A DNA stretch of 64,000 nucleotides from the NCBI GenBank assembly GCA_049513715.1, contig JBEKVV010000001.1, positions 192,001 to 256,000 of the forward strand. Reading direction: 5' to 3'. Source of the stretch: Candidatus Bathyarchaeia archaeon. Its GTDB lineage: Archaea > Thermoproteota > Bathyarchaeia > 40CM-2-53-6. The first letter of the stretch is position 1, and every line of letters begins with the position of its first letter. A program made the translations under genes and the position numbers. The notes under the pieces are model-generated. The model made no database searches and was not told the origin of the DNA. It saw only the letters and a program-made list of their open reading frames with translations. Shown in pieces: positions 39,337 through 54,452 of the stretch.

Positions 39337-39552
39337 TTGACTCTTAAAATCAAACCCGTAATGCTGAAGCAGTCCGTCTACTTCAGAGTGCCAAACGACA
39401 TTGCAGACCTCATCGGCATCGAACCCCAAGCAGACGTAACCATGACACTAGAAGATCAAGAGGACAATTTCCTCCTGATTTACTCAGTCAAGAAATCACC
39501 AATTCTGAGGGATCCGCGAAGACCCGAGCAACTCGCCGCTGGCCCCCCCTGA
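39337..39552 (+). CDS. AbrB/SpoVT-like small DNA-binding protein
   Basis: SVYFRVPNDIADLIGI pattern. Confidence 0.65.
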   Translation: MTLKIKPVMLKQSVYFRVPNDIADLIGIEPQADVTMTLEDQEDNFLLIYSVKKSPILRDPRRPEQLAAGPP

Positions 39553-39586
39553 GAGCCAAACGAACGATGAGTCCTGAAGATCAGGA

Positions 39587-40215
39587 ATGAGTCATATTTC
39601 GAAATATGACCATCAAGCAGCCACATCCCAAGTGACCATCGCAGGACTGGACGAAGCTCTAGGGGAGAACATACATCCCAGCCAGAACGTACTCCTCCTC
39701 GGCCCTCCTCCCAGCGGCAAATTCACACTAGCCATCCAATTCCTGGCCTCAGGACTAAGAGCCCGCGAATGTGCGCTCCTGGTCACAACCGCAGACACCC
39801 CTAGTGCGATTAAGAAAAGAGTGAGAGCCACGGGGTGGAATCTGGAAGGGTATGAGAAGCAAGGCGAGCTCATGTATGTCACCTGCCACCGCACCGACGG
39901 CACAGCAGCGGGCGTCACGGCCAGCACAGAAAGAGAAAACCTAGAAAATACACTTGTGAAGATCTCCAGCATAATCTCAGGCTTCCAAGGGCAAGGACGA
40001 AAACTCAGGTTTGTCTTCGACAACCTCACAACATTACTCGACCACAACGGCTTCCGAAACGTGGCCATGTTTCGGCACCAATTGATGGGCATCTGAAAGC
40101 AGCTGAGGCAACCAGCATATTCATACTAGAAGGCGGAGTCCACGATGAAGAAGTTACGCGAGTACTGCGGTCAGTGTGCGACGGCGTACTCGAGCTGAAT
40201 CGTGAGAGCAAGTAA
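39587..40215 (+). pseudogene. Frameshifted KaiC/RAD55-like ATPase
   Basis: IAGLDE, GPPPSGK, VFDNL; homology continues after a frameshift near 40090 as HLKAAEATSIFILEGGVHDEEV..VCDGVLEL*. Confidence 0.75.
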
Positions 40216-40529
40216 CATTCAAAGTGCTCTCGGCATAGGCGCGCAAATGCGCCACTTCGTACTGATCTCCAACGACCCAAAACGAGCAACCAACTCATTC
40301 ACCGACATTCCCCCTTGCCCCAGTGGAGTTGTGAAAAGCAGAGGGTGGCTCCTGCAGAGATCCTCGTTGACGGTTCCTCCCCGGATAATCCCACATGTAT
40401 ATCCGCATTGCAAGGGCACGTACCACGAGCACACATTGACGCATGTTTAGAGCAAGAAGGCTCTTCAGGCCTTTATGCAAGGTACCACATGCCTACACAG
40501 GTTCTTCAAACGGTCGAGTGGAATAGTAA

Positions 40530-41354
40530 TTGGCAGTTAACGACAGGGAGGCTGCAGTCCTTCAACGCTTAGGGCTCACCGAGTACGAATCACGCATTTA
40601 CCTCGTTCTAGTGAAAATGGGCCCGATCAAAGCTAGCGAGGTCAGTTTCTTCGGGCGGGTTCCACGCACAAAGACCTATGGTGCAATCAAGGAGCTTGAA
40701 AGGAAAGGATTGCTGAAAACTGTGCCGGGCAAACCTGAGGTGTACTCGCCTGCTTCACCGAACGACGTGCTAATGCCCCTGGTGACAAAGCTGAACCGCG
40801 AAGTGAGAGACTCGGAAGGTGTAGTTCAATCACTCAGCGTAACATTCGAATCTAGCAAATACGTAAGGCGCGATGTTCCGAGGGAAGCGGGTGAATTCTG
40901 GCAGATCAATGGGCGCCAAAGTGTCCTCGAAAAACTGAACCAAATCCTCAGGGATGCCAAGACCTCAATTTCCATGTCCACGAGCGCCATGGGGTTGATC
41001 CGCGCATACAAATCTCAAGCCGAAATCCTCGAAGTAGCAAAGACACATGGCGTCGCCGTCCGCTTGCTCGCCCCCATAACCACGGAAAATGCGGGGGTTG
41101 CTCAGCAAATAGCTGAGGTCATCGAGCTCAAGCGATTAGAGAAACCCTTCAGCAACAACTTCGCGTCCGTAGACAGCCGAGAACTCGTCGTAATAGAGAG
41201 CAAACCCGATGACCTGAGAACCGACAGAGGGTCGGATTTGGCAATCTGGACAACGAACAAGCTCCTGATCGAGTTGCACGAGCAATTCTTCGAAAGGATC
41301 TGGAGCACAGTCCCCACCCTAGAGTTCCCGAAGAAATCCAGGAACGCTGGATGA
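40530..41354 (+). CDS. TrmB family transcriptional regulator
   Basis: LGLTEYESRIY..VPRTKTY..LERKGL; C-terminal effector domain. Confidence 0.9.
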   Translation: MAVNDREAAVLQRLGLTEYESRIYLVLVKMGPIKASEVSFFGRVPRTKTYGAIKELERKGLLKTVPGKPEVYSPASPNDVLMPLVTKLNREVRDSEGVVQSLSVTFESSKYVRRDVPREAGEFWQINGRQSVLEKLNQILRDAKTSISMSTSAMGLIRAYKSQAEILEVAKTHGVAVRLLAPITTENAGVAQQIAEVIELKRLEKPFSNNFASVDSRELVVIESKPDDLRTDRGSDLAIWTTNKLLIELHEQFFERIWSTVPTLEFPKKSRNAG

Positions 41355-41524
41355 TCGGGCCATTCTCACTTGACGTTCAGGTGCCGTTAACTGCACTGGG
41401 GCGACGGTCGGACTACTACAGGAGCCATTGAAATCCGGAACCAGCGCAGAGGCGGCAAGGAGGATCAGCGACCGTCCCAACAAGAGCTATTAGCAGGACG
41501 AGTACTCTGGTACCCGAGTGAAGC

Positions 41525-41785
41525 ATGGCACAAATCAAGATTCTGGCTTCTCAGGACACTATTGAGAAATTCAAGAGGATAGTCCTTGCCAAACATGGCA
41601 AACTCGAGCTTAGCGCAGAAGGAGAAGAAGCGCTAAGGCTCTACATCAAACGATACGAGCGGCTACTGGGCGGGCTTTGCGCTCCAGACGAAGATCCACT
41701 TACCAAAATTTGTGGAATAGGGCGTTCCTTGCGCCGGCACAACGTGCTCAGGGACCTCGAAAAACTTGAGTCCGGAGAACTTTGA
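41525..41785 (+). CDS. Putative antitoxin (VapB-like)
   Basis: Small protein overlapping the PIN gene; DPL.K..G tail. Confidence 0.7.
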   Translation: MAQIKILASQDTIEKFKRIVLAKHGKLELSAEGEEALRLYIKRYERLLGGLCAPDEDPLTKICGIGRSLRRHNVLRDLEKLESGEL

Positions 41786-42213
41786 TTTTTATCGATACAA
41801 CGGTCTGGGTCGGCGACGCTGACCTGAACGATGACTTCCATGAGTCATCTCACCGAATCATGGAGTCTGTGAGGACTGGGAAGACGCCTCTTGGTCTCGT
41901 TTCTGACTTTATCATTGACGAATTGGTCACACTTCTTGGTAAGCGCAAAGGTTTCGGTGCAGGGCACGCGAAAGAAACAGGCATGGCTATCCTGCACTCT
42001 CCTCGCATCTTCACAGTTTTCGTCGATGACAGCATTCTGAAAGAAGCGCTGGCGATATATCCGACTTTCAATGGCAAATTGAGCTTAACCGATGTTGTCA
42101 CGACAGTAGTCATGAAGAGGTACGCGGTCAACAATGTCTTCTCACACGACTCTGATTTCGATGCCGTGAAAGGCGTTCGGCGCCTAACTTCTGTCCAGAA
42201 AATTGAGAGATAA
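41782..42213 (+). CDS. vapC: PIN-domain toxin VapC
   Basis: IFIDTT, IIDE, LSLTD, FSHDSDFD. Confidence 0.9.
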   Translation: MIFIDTTVWVGDADLNDDFHESSHRIMESVRTGKTPLGLVSDFIIDELVTLLGKRKGFGAGHAKETGMAILHSPRIFTVFVDDSILKEALAIYPTFNGKLSLTDVVTTVVMKRYAVNNVFSHDSDFDAVKGVRRLTSVQKIER

Positions 42214-42247
42214 GAAGACGCTGCATCGTTCGGACGCCCTTGCATGG

Positions 42248-42268
42248 TGGTCGTAACCCACCCTCTGT
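42248..42268 (+). repeat. 21-nt copy of the RNase P RNA 3' end
   Basis: TGGTCGTAACCCACCCTCTGT vs 43853-43873 (20/21). Confidence 0.75.
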
Positions 42269-42463
42269 CTGGTCACAACGGACGGCCTAAGAAACCGGTT
42301 TGTTGAGAAATACGAGTGTGCCGCGCTCAACACCAAAGCTAATCTAGCGTTTCGATGAACGTTAAGGCTATCTGTTGGGTCTGCATTTACAGTTACTCGA
42401 GTCAGACCCTTGACTTACCGAATGTCTGTAGGTTGTTGGGGATAGGCTCGGAAAGGCATCTGG

Positions 42464-43726
42464 TTGCACCTAGTCATCTACCGACTTCTCATTGTCGGGT
42501 TGCTTGTGATTTCGATGGTCTTCGCTGTTCCAAGCGCCCATGCCCAAACTTGCGGTTTCGGGATCCTAGGCGTTGACTCTCCGGTTACGTTGGCAACGAA
42601 TCAGAGTTTCGAGATTGATACTAAAGTGTCGGTTGATTGCGATTCAACGAAAGATTTTGTGGTTGTTGTGGTCGACGTTGAAGAACTTCCCTCGAACATC
42701 GTTCTTTCAACTACAGCCCATCTGTTCCCGCTTGAAACATTTGCTGGGTTGTCCGGGGTTGCGAATGCGACTTCGCACTGGTCTGCGAATGCGACTCTGC
42801 ACAACCAGTTAACCGCACCATCAATAGCGAGTTCATGGACTTTGCAAGTGCTAGGGTTCCTATACTTCGAAAACACTGGTGCTGCGGGCAGCGCACAGCA
42901 GAGCCCATTCACAATACAAGTCGGACAAGTACAGCCAACTGTGCGATGGGCGAATATTTCCTTGATTCAAAACGGTGGATTCGAGGATGGCATGGCAAAT
43001 TGGCAGGAGACGCAAGGTGTGGGCCGTTACGCGATCTCTCACAAAACGGTGCATGCAGGCGGTTCGTCTTTGTGGATGTATATGCCCCTTCCGCCCATTC
43101 CGCCAACTTCATCAGGCCCGGGGCCAAGCATGACTGTCACTCAAACAAACACGGTAACGATGTTGCGTGGGCTCTATGTTGAGGCGTGGGCAGACGGATT
43201 AGTACGGCTGCGAGTCAAGTTCGCGGGACTTATGGTAGACTACGATTTCGGCCAGGGATCGACCACTATGAGCATAGGTTGCGGAGGCTGCGCGTACGGC
43301 GTGAATGGTGTTGCTGTGGTCCGAGTGGGGTTGGCAGACTCTGGTTGTAACGGAGTGTGGTGTTCCCTAGAACGCAATGTCACTTCGGACGTTCAACCCT
43401 TCTTGACGATATCGCGGTACGCTTCGATCTTCAACCTTGCTCACCCTGTGCAAGTTACGCTCTCCGTTTTCCTTCATCAGTTCCTACCAGTGTGGCATGT
43501 CAGCTATGTTGATGACATTCAATTGTTCGCCTACGTTCCGCAAACGGCGCAACTACAGTCGCCACGAGAAACAACCTCCGCAGTTACGGTGGGCAGGACA
43601 CCCACAGCCTTCGGTCATCTTCCATCTCCCCAGACTAGACCAGACGGATTGAAACTAGACGTTTCCGTTGGTGGGTTTTATCTGGAATCTCCTACGGCTA
43701 AGCACTTACCAAAATCTGTGGAATAG
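42464..43726 (+). CDS. Secreted protein with possible carbohydrate-binding-type domain
   Basis: Signal peptide ending AHA|Q; LIQNGGFEDG..W and YVDDI motifs. Confidence 0.65.
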   Translation: MHLVIYRLLIVGLLVISMVFAVPSAHAQTCGFGILGVDSPVTLATNQSFEIDTKVSVDCDSTKDFVVVVVDVEELPSNIVLSTTAHLFPLETFAGLSGVANATSHWSANATLHNQLTAPSIASSWTLQVLGFLYFENTGAAGSAQQSPFTIQVGQVQPTVRWANISLIQNGGFEDGMANWQETQGVGRYAISHKTVHAGGSSLWMYMPLPPIPPTSSGPGPSMTVTQTNTVTMLRGLYVEAWADGLVRLRVKFAGLMVDYDFGQGSTTMSIGCGGCAYGVNGVAVVRVGLADSGCNGVWCSLERNVTSDVQPFLTISRYASIFNLAHPVQVTLSVFLHQFLPVWHVSYVDDIQLFAYVPQTAQLQSPRETTSAVTVGRTPTAFGHLPSPQTRPDGLKLDVSVGGFYLESPTAKHLPKSVE

Positions 43727-43810
43727 CATGTTCCTCGGGCCGACACATTGTGCTCAAAGACCTCGGAAAATTAGAGGAGGACTTTGATCTTCATCGTTGC
43801 TGCGGTTTGG
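43703..43810 (+). pseudogene. Degenerate copy of the antitoxin/vapC junction
   Basis: Aligns with 41697-41808 (CACTTACCAAAAT.TGTGGAATAG..GTGCTCA..GACCTCG..ACTTTGAT.TT.ATCG). Confidence 0.75.
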
Positions 43811-43839
43811 TTTCGGCCGGGGTTATCCTCTTGGGTGAT

Positions 43840-44148
43840 GGGTTGTGCGTGTTGGTCGTAACCCACCTTCTGTTTTAGGCGACATTCATCTAATCGGGAT
43901 ACCCGCGCCTCAGGCGGAGGTTCACAGGCGCCTATTATCCCTTTCACGGCGTGTGTAGGCCTTTCACCCTTACCGCTAGCCTCCTCAACGCAAGCGCATC
44001 ATAGTCCACGACTAGCGGAGGTCCGTTTCTGCGCCTTAACCCAGCCTCTCAGCTGGCACCTCGCAGTGCCACGCTTCCGCCACGTGGGTGGAGTTTCCTC
44101 AAGCCCCATACACATAGGGCCCGGAGTCGCCCACCAACTCGCCAACCC
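43840..44148 (-). ncRNA. rnpB: RNase P RNA
   Basis: Minus strand GAGGAAACTCCACCC ... GCAGAAA ... AACAGAAGGTGGGTTA (P4 halves); complementary termini; ends approximate. Confidence 0.92.
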
Positions 44149-44511
44149 AACACATATGCACGCCACAGTGATACACAAGTGTTACGCTCCTCGAGGGAGT
44201 TCAAACGTGTCGTTCCTCAGCTAAATTTCTAATACAATGTAGCCTTTAACTGCCCTGAAGATTCCCTTGCAATAAAACAATCACTTCGTTGACTCACCAG
44301 AAGGCGGCCTGTGAACTTTCGTCGTCGCGATTCAAGGATTCGTAAACATGAATTATCTTTGCGAGGTTTCTGGCGTCCCCAATGCAGCTGGCATTGTCTT
44401 GGAGTTCACTTGTCATTTTCAGTGCATCAAAAGAATCCGAGTAACCTGAAAGGACCGTTCGTCTTGTTCACGAAAAGAAAGAAAAGGAGGAGCGGGCGGT
44501 GTTCGGGCGAA

Positions 44512-45054
44512 CTACTTCGAGCGTAGGACGATCAGGTATCCGATTCCACCACAGAAGAACCCGATTAGGCCAAGCCCGAGGAATACGGCGATTGGGTTCG
44601 AGTAGTATTGCAATATGCCGACATGTACCTGCCCTGTGCTCCAACCCATCCCACCAAAATTCTTTGGCTGCATTGCCGCGCCGCCGAGATATCCTCCAAC
44701 CATTGCTAGGATTGCTGCGCCAGCAACGCCAACGTTACCGAGCACCAGGTGTATCCATGAGAGCGCCTTGGCGATGCCCTTGTACACTTTGCCTTGGACA
44801 GTTTCAATGAAGAAGTAGAATAGGGATGTTACGGCCGTGGCGAGTACTCCGACGATGAGATAGGTGAGGTATCCGACAGTGAACCATGTGCCTGCTTCAC
44901 CGCCAGCGATGACTCTTGAGGCGGAAACCTGCAGTATACCGATTTGGTCGCCGAAGCCTCCCAAGAAGGTGATCACTGCTGCGATTGCGCCTTGGGCTAT
45001 AGCTGCGTAGAGGAAGAGTGCTGCCATTTTGCTTGTTTTTCCTTTAAGTTCCAT
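44512..45054 (-). CDS. Four-TM hypothetical membrane protein
   Basis: Start at MELKGK; hydrophobic helices with WIHLVLGNVG. Confidence 0.65.
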   Translation of the reverse strand: MELKGKTSKMAALFLYAAIAQGAIAAVITFLGGFGDQIGILQVSASRVIAGGEAGTWFTVGYLTYLIVGVLATAVTSLFYFFIETVQGKVYKGIAKALSWIHLVLGNVGVAGAAILAMVGGYLGGAAMQPKNFGGMGWSTGQVHVGILQYYSNPIAVFLGLGLIGFFCGGIGYLIVLRSK

Positions 45055-45422
45055 TGTCAAATCAACCGGCGGTAAATACCGGGCAACCGAATATAAGTGA
45101 AATGTATAGTTTGCATATAGACAATTTACGAGACAGTCAAACCAAAAAACCAAACCAAAACGAAGTAACACGTTCTCCCCACAAAGTTACGCCCCCACCC
45201 CCTTCCCACTCGAAATAATTGGAGGGCGCGGGGCCAGAAGAATATCAGAAAACCTATCGGAGTTCTCGTTTCAGTTTGCGGTCCTGCGCCTAATCAACCC
45301 GTACGCGAATATCATGGAAACCGCCAAGACCGGGAGGCCCAACGGATACTCAGGATTCGATCCTTTTCACGGGTTCATTTAATACACCGAAAATCTAAGC
45401 CACCCGAAGCTGGGTTTGTTGG

Positions 45423-46028
45423 TTGGGGTACTTTCAATGGGGAACGAGAAGGGCTCTTCCGCTTTCATCCCCGACCATCATTTTGATCCTGCTCAACTGC
45501 GTGGTCTACGTCTTCCTCGTTCTAGGCGGTGACCCTGCCTACAATTTCCTCGCCCTCTCAGGCAACGCTTTCTACCAAGCGCACGCTTACTGGCAACTCC
45601 TAACCTCAATGTTCGTACACTTCGGAATTCTGCACATCGCCTTCAACATGTACGGCCTCTACTACTTCGGGCGGATTAACGAAAACGAATTCTCAACACC
45701 TCAATACCTCGCCATCTATTTCGGGTCCGGCCTCATCGGGAACATCGCATCCCTTTTTCTGCTTGCACCGGACACGCTTTCCGGTGGGGCCTCCGGAGCT
45801 ATCTTCGGGCTTCTGGGTTCATACGTGGTCATTGAGAGACGGGCTCGCCGCATGGGTATGGCGTTAGGCTACGCAGCCTTCATCTTGATCATAAGCGCCC
45901 TGAGCGGCCCGGACGTAAACAACTTCGCTCATCTGGCCGGATTGTTGGGAGGTCTAGCGCTCGGACTAATGTTCGCGCCAAAGCGTGCAATGGGGGGATA
46001 TAATATTGGCTACACCTACACAACCTAG
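45423..46028 (+). CDS. Rhomboid family intramembrane serine protease
   Basis: WQLLTSMFVH..HIAFNM, GASG, AHLAG. Confidence 0.92.
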   Translation: MGYFQWGTRRALPLSSPTIILILLNCVVYVFLVLGGDPAYNFLALSGNAFYQAHAYWQLLTSMFVHFGILHIAFNMYGLYYFGRINENEFSTPQYLAIYFGSGLIGNIASLFLLAPDTLSGGASGAIFGLLGSYVVIERRARRMGMALGYAAFILIISALSGPDVNNFAHLAGLLGGLALGLMFAPKRAMGGYNIGYTYTT

Positions 46029-46053
46029 AATGCATGTGCCAATCCTAGTTGAA

Positions 46054-47712
46054 CTAGTCTAGCATGGGCATCTTGATTTGCTTCTCTCTGGCAACCTTTT
46101 TTGATGCGTCATAGCCCGCATCCGCGTGCCTAACAACGCCCAATCCTGGGTCAGTAGTTAGGACTCGTTGCGCTCGTATCTCCATTTCACGCGAACCATC
46201 TAGGACCAGGCACATGCCAGCGTGAATGCTGTAACCGATTCCTACACCGCCACCGTGGTGCACTGAAACCCACGTTGCTCCAGCAACAGCATTCAACAAC
46301 GCGTTAAGGATTGGCCAGTCCGCCACCGCATCCGATCCATCTTTCATGTTCTCAGTCTCCCGCCGCGGCGAAGCCACGCTGCCTGTGTCCAAGTGGTCGC
46401 GGCCCACCCAAATTGGCCCAGACAATTGCCCAGATGCGACCATATCGTTCACTATCTTGCCGAATCGGGCCCGTTCCCCGTAACCCAGCCAACAGACCCG
46501 TGCTGGTAGGCCTTGGAACTTCACCTGGGCACGAGCCTTTTCGATCCAACGGACGAGGTCCTTGTTGTAGCCAAACTCTTTCACTATCATCTCGTCGATC
46601 TTGAAAATGTCCGACGGTTCTCCCACAAGTGATGCCCACCTGAAGGGTCCCCGCCCTTCACAAAACATTGGGCGTATGTACTCGGGCACGAAGCTTTGAA
46701 ACGCGAAGGCCTCTTTCAACCCAGCGTCGAAGGCTTGTTGTCGTATGTTGTTTCCATACTCGAAAGCAACCGCGCCACGTTCCATCATTTGAATCATGGC
46801 TTTGACGTGAACCTTCATACTCTCCTTCGCTCGACGCAAGTATTCTTGCGGTTCGTTCTTACGGAGTTGATCTGCCTCGTCGAGGCTTAGACCCGCGGGG
46901 TAGTATCCTCGCAACGGGTCGTGAGCCGAAGTCTGATCCGTCACAATATCCGGTGTGATTCCGCGCCTCACCAACTCGGGGTGTATCTCAGCTGCATTAG
47001 CGAGTAAACCTACACTCAGGCTTTGCTTGGACTCTTTCGCAGCGATCACCATCCGCATGGCTTCGTCCAAATCATCCGTCCACTTCTCAACGAAACCATG
47101 TTTCAGCCGACGCTCAATAGCAGCCTTGTTAACTTCTACAACCAGCGCGACTCCATCGTTCATGGTTACGGCGAGTGGCTGCGCGCCCCCCATTTCACCG
47201 AGCCCGGCCGTCAGAGTAATCCGCCCTTTGAGCGTGCCGTTGAAATGTTTCTTGGCCACTGAGGCCAGGGTTTCATAGGTGCCTTGAAGTATCCCTTGGG
47301 TGCCAATGTAAGCCCAGGATCCCGCGGTCATTTGCCCATACATTATGAGGCCTTTCTGCTCCAGCTCGTAGAAATAGTCCCAGGTAGCCCACTTGGGAAC
47401 AAGCATCGCATTCGAAATGAGCACCCTCGGAGCCCATTCATGAGTTTCGAAGACCGCGACCGGTTTGCCGCTTTGTATCAGAAGAGTCTCATTCGGTTTC
47501 AATTCCTCCAGGGTTTGCGTGATCTTCTCAAAGCATTCCCACGAACGAGCAGCCTTTCCGGTTCCTCCGTATACGATCAGGTTCTCTGGGTCCTTCGCCA
47601 CCTCTGGGTCGAGGACATTGTGAAGCATCCTGTAAGCGCCCTCAATCTGCCAATTGGCGCAATGAAGCTTCTTCCCCGCCACAGCGGCAGCCGAGGGTTT
47701 GAATTTCAACAA
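46054..47712 (-). CDS. hutU: Urocanate hydratase
   Basis: [35 protein letters not shown]. Confidence 0.97.
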   Translation of the reverse strand: MLKFKPSAAAVAGKKLHCANWQIEGAYRMLHNVLDPEVAKDPENLIVYGGTGKAARSWECFEKITQTLEELKPNETLLIQSGKPVAVFETHEWAPRVLISNAMLVPKWATWDYFYELEQKGLIMYGQMTAGSWAYIGTQGILQGTYETLASVAKKHFNGTLKGRITLTAGLGEMGGAQPLAVTMNDGVALVVEVNKAAIERRLKHGFVEKWTDDLDEAMRMVIAAKESKQSLSVGLLANAAEIHPELVRRGITPDIVTDQTSAHDPLRGYYPAGLSLDEADQLRKNEPQEYLRRAKESMKVHVKAMIQMMERGAVAFEYGNNIRQQAFDAGLKEAFAFQSFVPEYIRPMFCEGRGPFRWASLVGEPSDIFKIDEMIVKEFGYNKDLVRWIEKARAQVKFQGLPARVCWLGYGERARFGKIVNDMVASGQLSGPIWVGRDHLDTGSVASPRRETENMKDGSDAVADWPILNALLNAVAGATWVSVHHGGGVGIGYSIHAGMCLVLDGSREMEIRAQRVLTTDPGLGVVRHADAGYDASKKVAREKQIKMPMLD

Positions 47713-47761
47713 ATGTGATCACTCAGTACTTCGTGAATCTCGCGATTTTAACCTTCAGCAA

Positions 47762-49036
47762 CTATACTACAAGAGTCCTATCTTTCACGACGATCTTTCC
47801 ATTTTTGACCACAGTGCTGATCTGGTTCATTCCTATGCGGTAGGCGAGAAATTTGTAGTCGGGAGCTTCGAATATTGCGATGTCCGCCTTCTTACCCGGC
47901 TCAATGCTGCCAATCTCGTGCCCTCTTCGAACTGAGTGTGCAGCATTGATTGTTGCCGCCGTAATCGCTTCAGCGGGGGTCATTTTGAGTTTGTAGCATG
48001 CGAGTGCGAGCACCAATTGGTAGTTCTCAAGCCAACAACTAGGGCTAAGGTCACTGCCCAGCGCAACTGCGACTCCTTCAGAAATCATTCGCCTCGCGTC
48101 AGCGTATCGGTCCAGCATCAACGTTAACGGCGCAGCTGGCAGAAGGGTCGCAATCACGCCTGCCTGCGCCATTCGCTGAATGCCCCGCTCAGAGGCATAG
48201 AGCAGATGGTCGGCTGACACGGCCCCAAGCGTCGCCGCGAGTTCAGCGCCCCCAAGCGGGTAGAGCTCGTCGGCATGAATTCTTGCAAGCAACCCCGCGC
48301 GTTGACCTGCCTCCAGAATCGTACGTGATGCTTCGATTTCAAAGACGTTTTTCTCGCAGAATACATCGCAGAACTCTGCGAGTTTTCTTTTCGCTATTTC
48401 TTTTACCCATTCTTGGGCAACCTCGGTGACGAAATCTGGCACCTTTCCTTCATACTCTGGAGGAACGGCGTGTGCGCCGAGGAACGTGGGAACTAGCGTT
48501 AGCGGCCCTTTGCCATTCAGCTCATCGATCACTTCCAACGATTTGATTTCATCATTCAAGGTGAGGCCATAACCGCTTTTGGCCTCAATGGTCGTTGTTC
48601 CATGAAGCAATAAGTTGCGGCTCCTTTGCAAGCAGATCTGCAGAAGTTGACTCTTGCTTGCACCACGAGTATCGCGAACCGTTCTAAGGATTCCACCTCC
48701 CTTCTGCAGAATTTCCAGGTAACCCGCTCCTTTGATTTTCAACTCAAGCTCATTCTCTCGAGATCCTGCAAATACGAAATGTGTGTGCGCGTCGATGAGG
48801 CCTGGTGTTACAACCTTTGCGGATGCATCGATTCGCTCATGGGCCGAGTATTCGCCACCTATCTCGCTCGACTTCCCAACGGCCGCAATGTTTTCGCCTT
48901 TGATTGCGACGGCGCCGTCTTCAATGATAGCGAGCTCTTGCATCTCTTCACCAGTTGCTGGCCGCTGACTGTGGCCTCGCGAGGTCACGAGTTGTTGTGC
49001 GTGTTCGATAATCAGGTCGACTTCCGTCTTGGGCAA
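47762..49036 (-). CDS. hutI: Imidazolonepropionase
   Basis: DAHTH, GGGI..TV, EAKSGYGL, AHAVP, DVFCE, HADE. Confidence 0.95.
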   Translation of the reverse strand: MPKTEVDLIIEHAQQLVTSRGHSQRPATGEEMQELAIIEDGAVAIKGENIAAVGKSSEIGGEYSAHERIDASAKVVTPGLIDAHTHFVFAGSRENELELKIKGAGYLEILQKGGGILRTVRDTRGASKSQLLQICLQRSRNLLLHGTTTIEAKSGYGLTLNDEIKSLEVIDELNGKGPLTLVPTFLGAHAVPPEYEGKVPDFVTEVAQEWVKEIAKRKLAEFCDVFCEKNVFEIEASRTILEAGQRAGLLARIHADELYPLGGAELAATLGAVSADHLLYASERGIQRMAQAGVIATLLPAAPLTLMLDRYADARRMISEGVAVALGSDLSPSCWLENYQLVLALACYKLKMTPAEAITAATINAAHSVRRGHEIGSIEPGKKADIAIFEAPDYKFLAYRIGMNQISTVVKNGKIVVKDRTLVV

Positions 49037-49343
49037 GTTGTTTACCTCAATTTCCTTTGGAGCGCTTGAAGATTTGTCCGAATTGTCTTGATTTAGTGAT
49101 TTGGCGCTGTTCCGCCTTTGTTTGACATCACCATGTTTATATTGGCGCCGAGGGCGTATTCATGATTTGTTAACACATCATTTCGATGGATTAACTCCCG
49201 CGATTACCCGGCGGCGGCGTCAACTTGACAAGCAGGGCTAGTGCCCTCGAATGAAATGTTGACCTCCAACTGCGGGAACAAAGATGAAGGCCTGAACAAA
49301 CTTGGGCACTCACGGCGTCCATGATAAGTTTAGGTCCAAGATT

Positions 49344-49378
49344 GGCTTGCAGTCACTCTGCCAAATTCCAGTCCGTTC
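49344..49378 (+). other. 5' arm of 16S pre-rRNA processing stem with BHB
   Basis: Pairs with 51004-51041; TGCC/GGCA helix with AAA and AAT bulges. Confidence 0.85.
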
Positions 49379-49440
49379 AATTTCCTTGAAATTGAATGCG
49401 GTCTCAATTCCAAAATCGTCCTAGCTAACACAACTTGCCA

Positions 49441-50989
<1,549 letters not shown>

Positions 50990-51130
50990 TAGTAATATCC
51001 GTGGAACGGACTGGAAGGCAAATGAATAGTGACTGCAAGCCTAGTTGCGTACCGATCATGCAGCTTCTAAGCTGAAGCTCAGAAGCGAAGGGTATAGTGG
51101 TCGTTCATTGAACCGAACGATCATGATGAA

Positions 51131-51172
51131 CACCGTGCATAGGCCTAGAACGTTAAACGAGTGTGGGTTCCA
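51131..51172 (+). other. 5' arm of 23S pre-rRNA processing stem with BHB
   Basis: Pairs with 54234-54277; CGTT/GGCG helix with AAA and TAA bulges. Confidence 0.85.
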
Positions 51173-51178
51173 AAGTAA

Positions 51179-54226
<3,048 letters not shown>

Positions 54227-54452
54227 TGAAAACTGGATTCACACTCGGGCGTAATTCGAATAGGCCTATGCACGGTGAACACCACAACCACCGTTATTTT
54301 TTCGGCCATTTACCCGTAAGATGACGGGACGATGGGTCGCTGAACCGGCTGATTTCTGCACTGTTTTTCTTGTTGGGACTGGTTTTGGGTTTGTCGAATG
54401 GGATTCCGACGGAAGCTACTACATACGTCACTTGCCGTTGCTGGGTCTTGAG

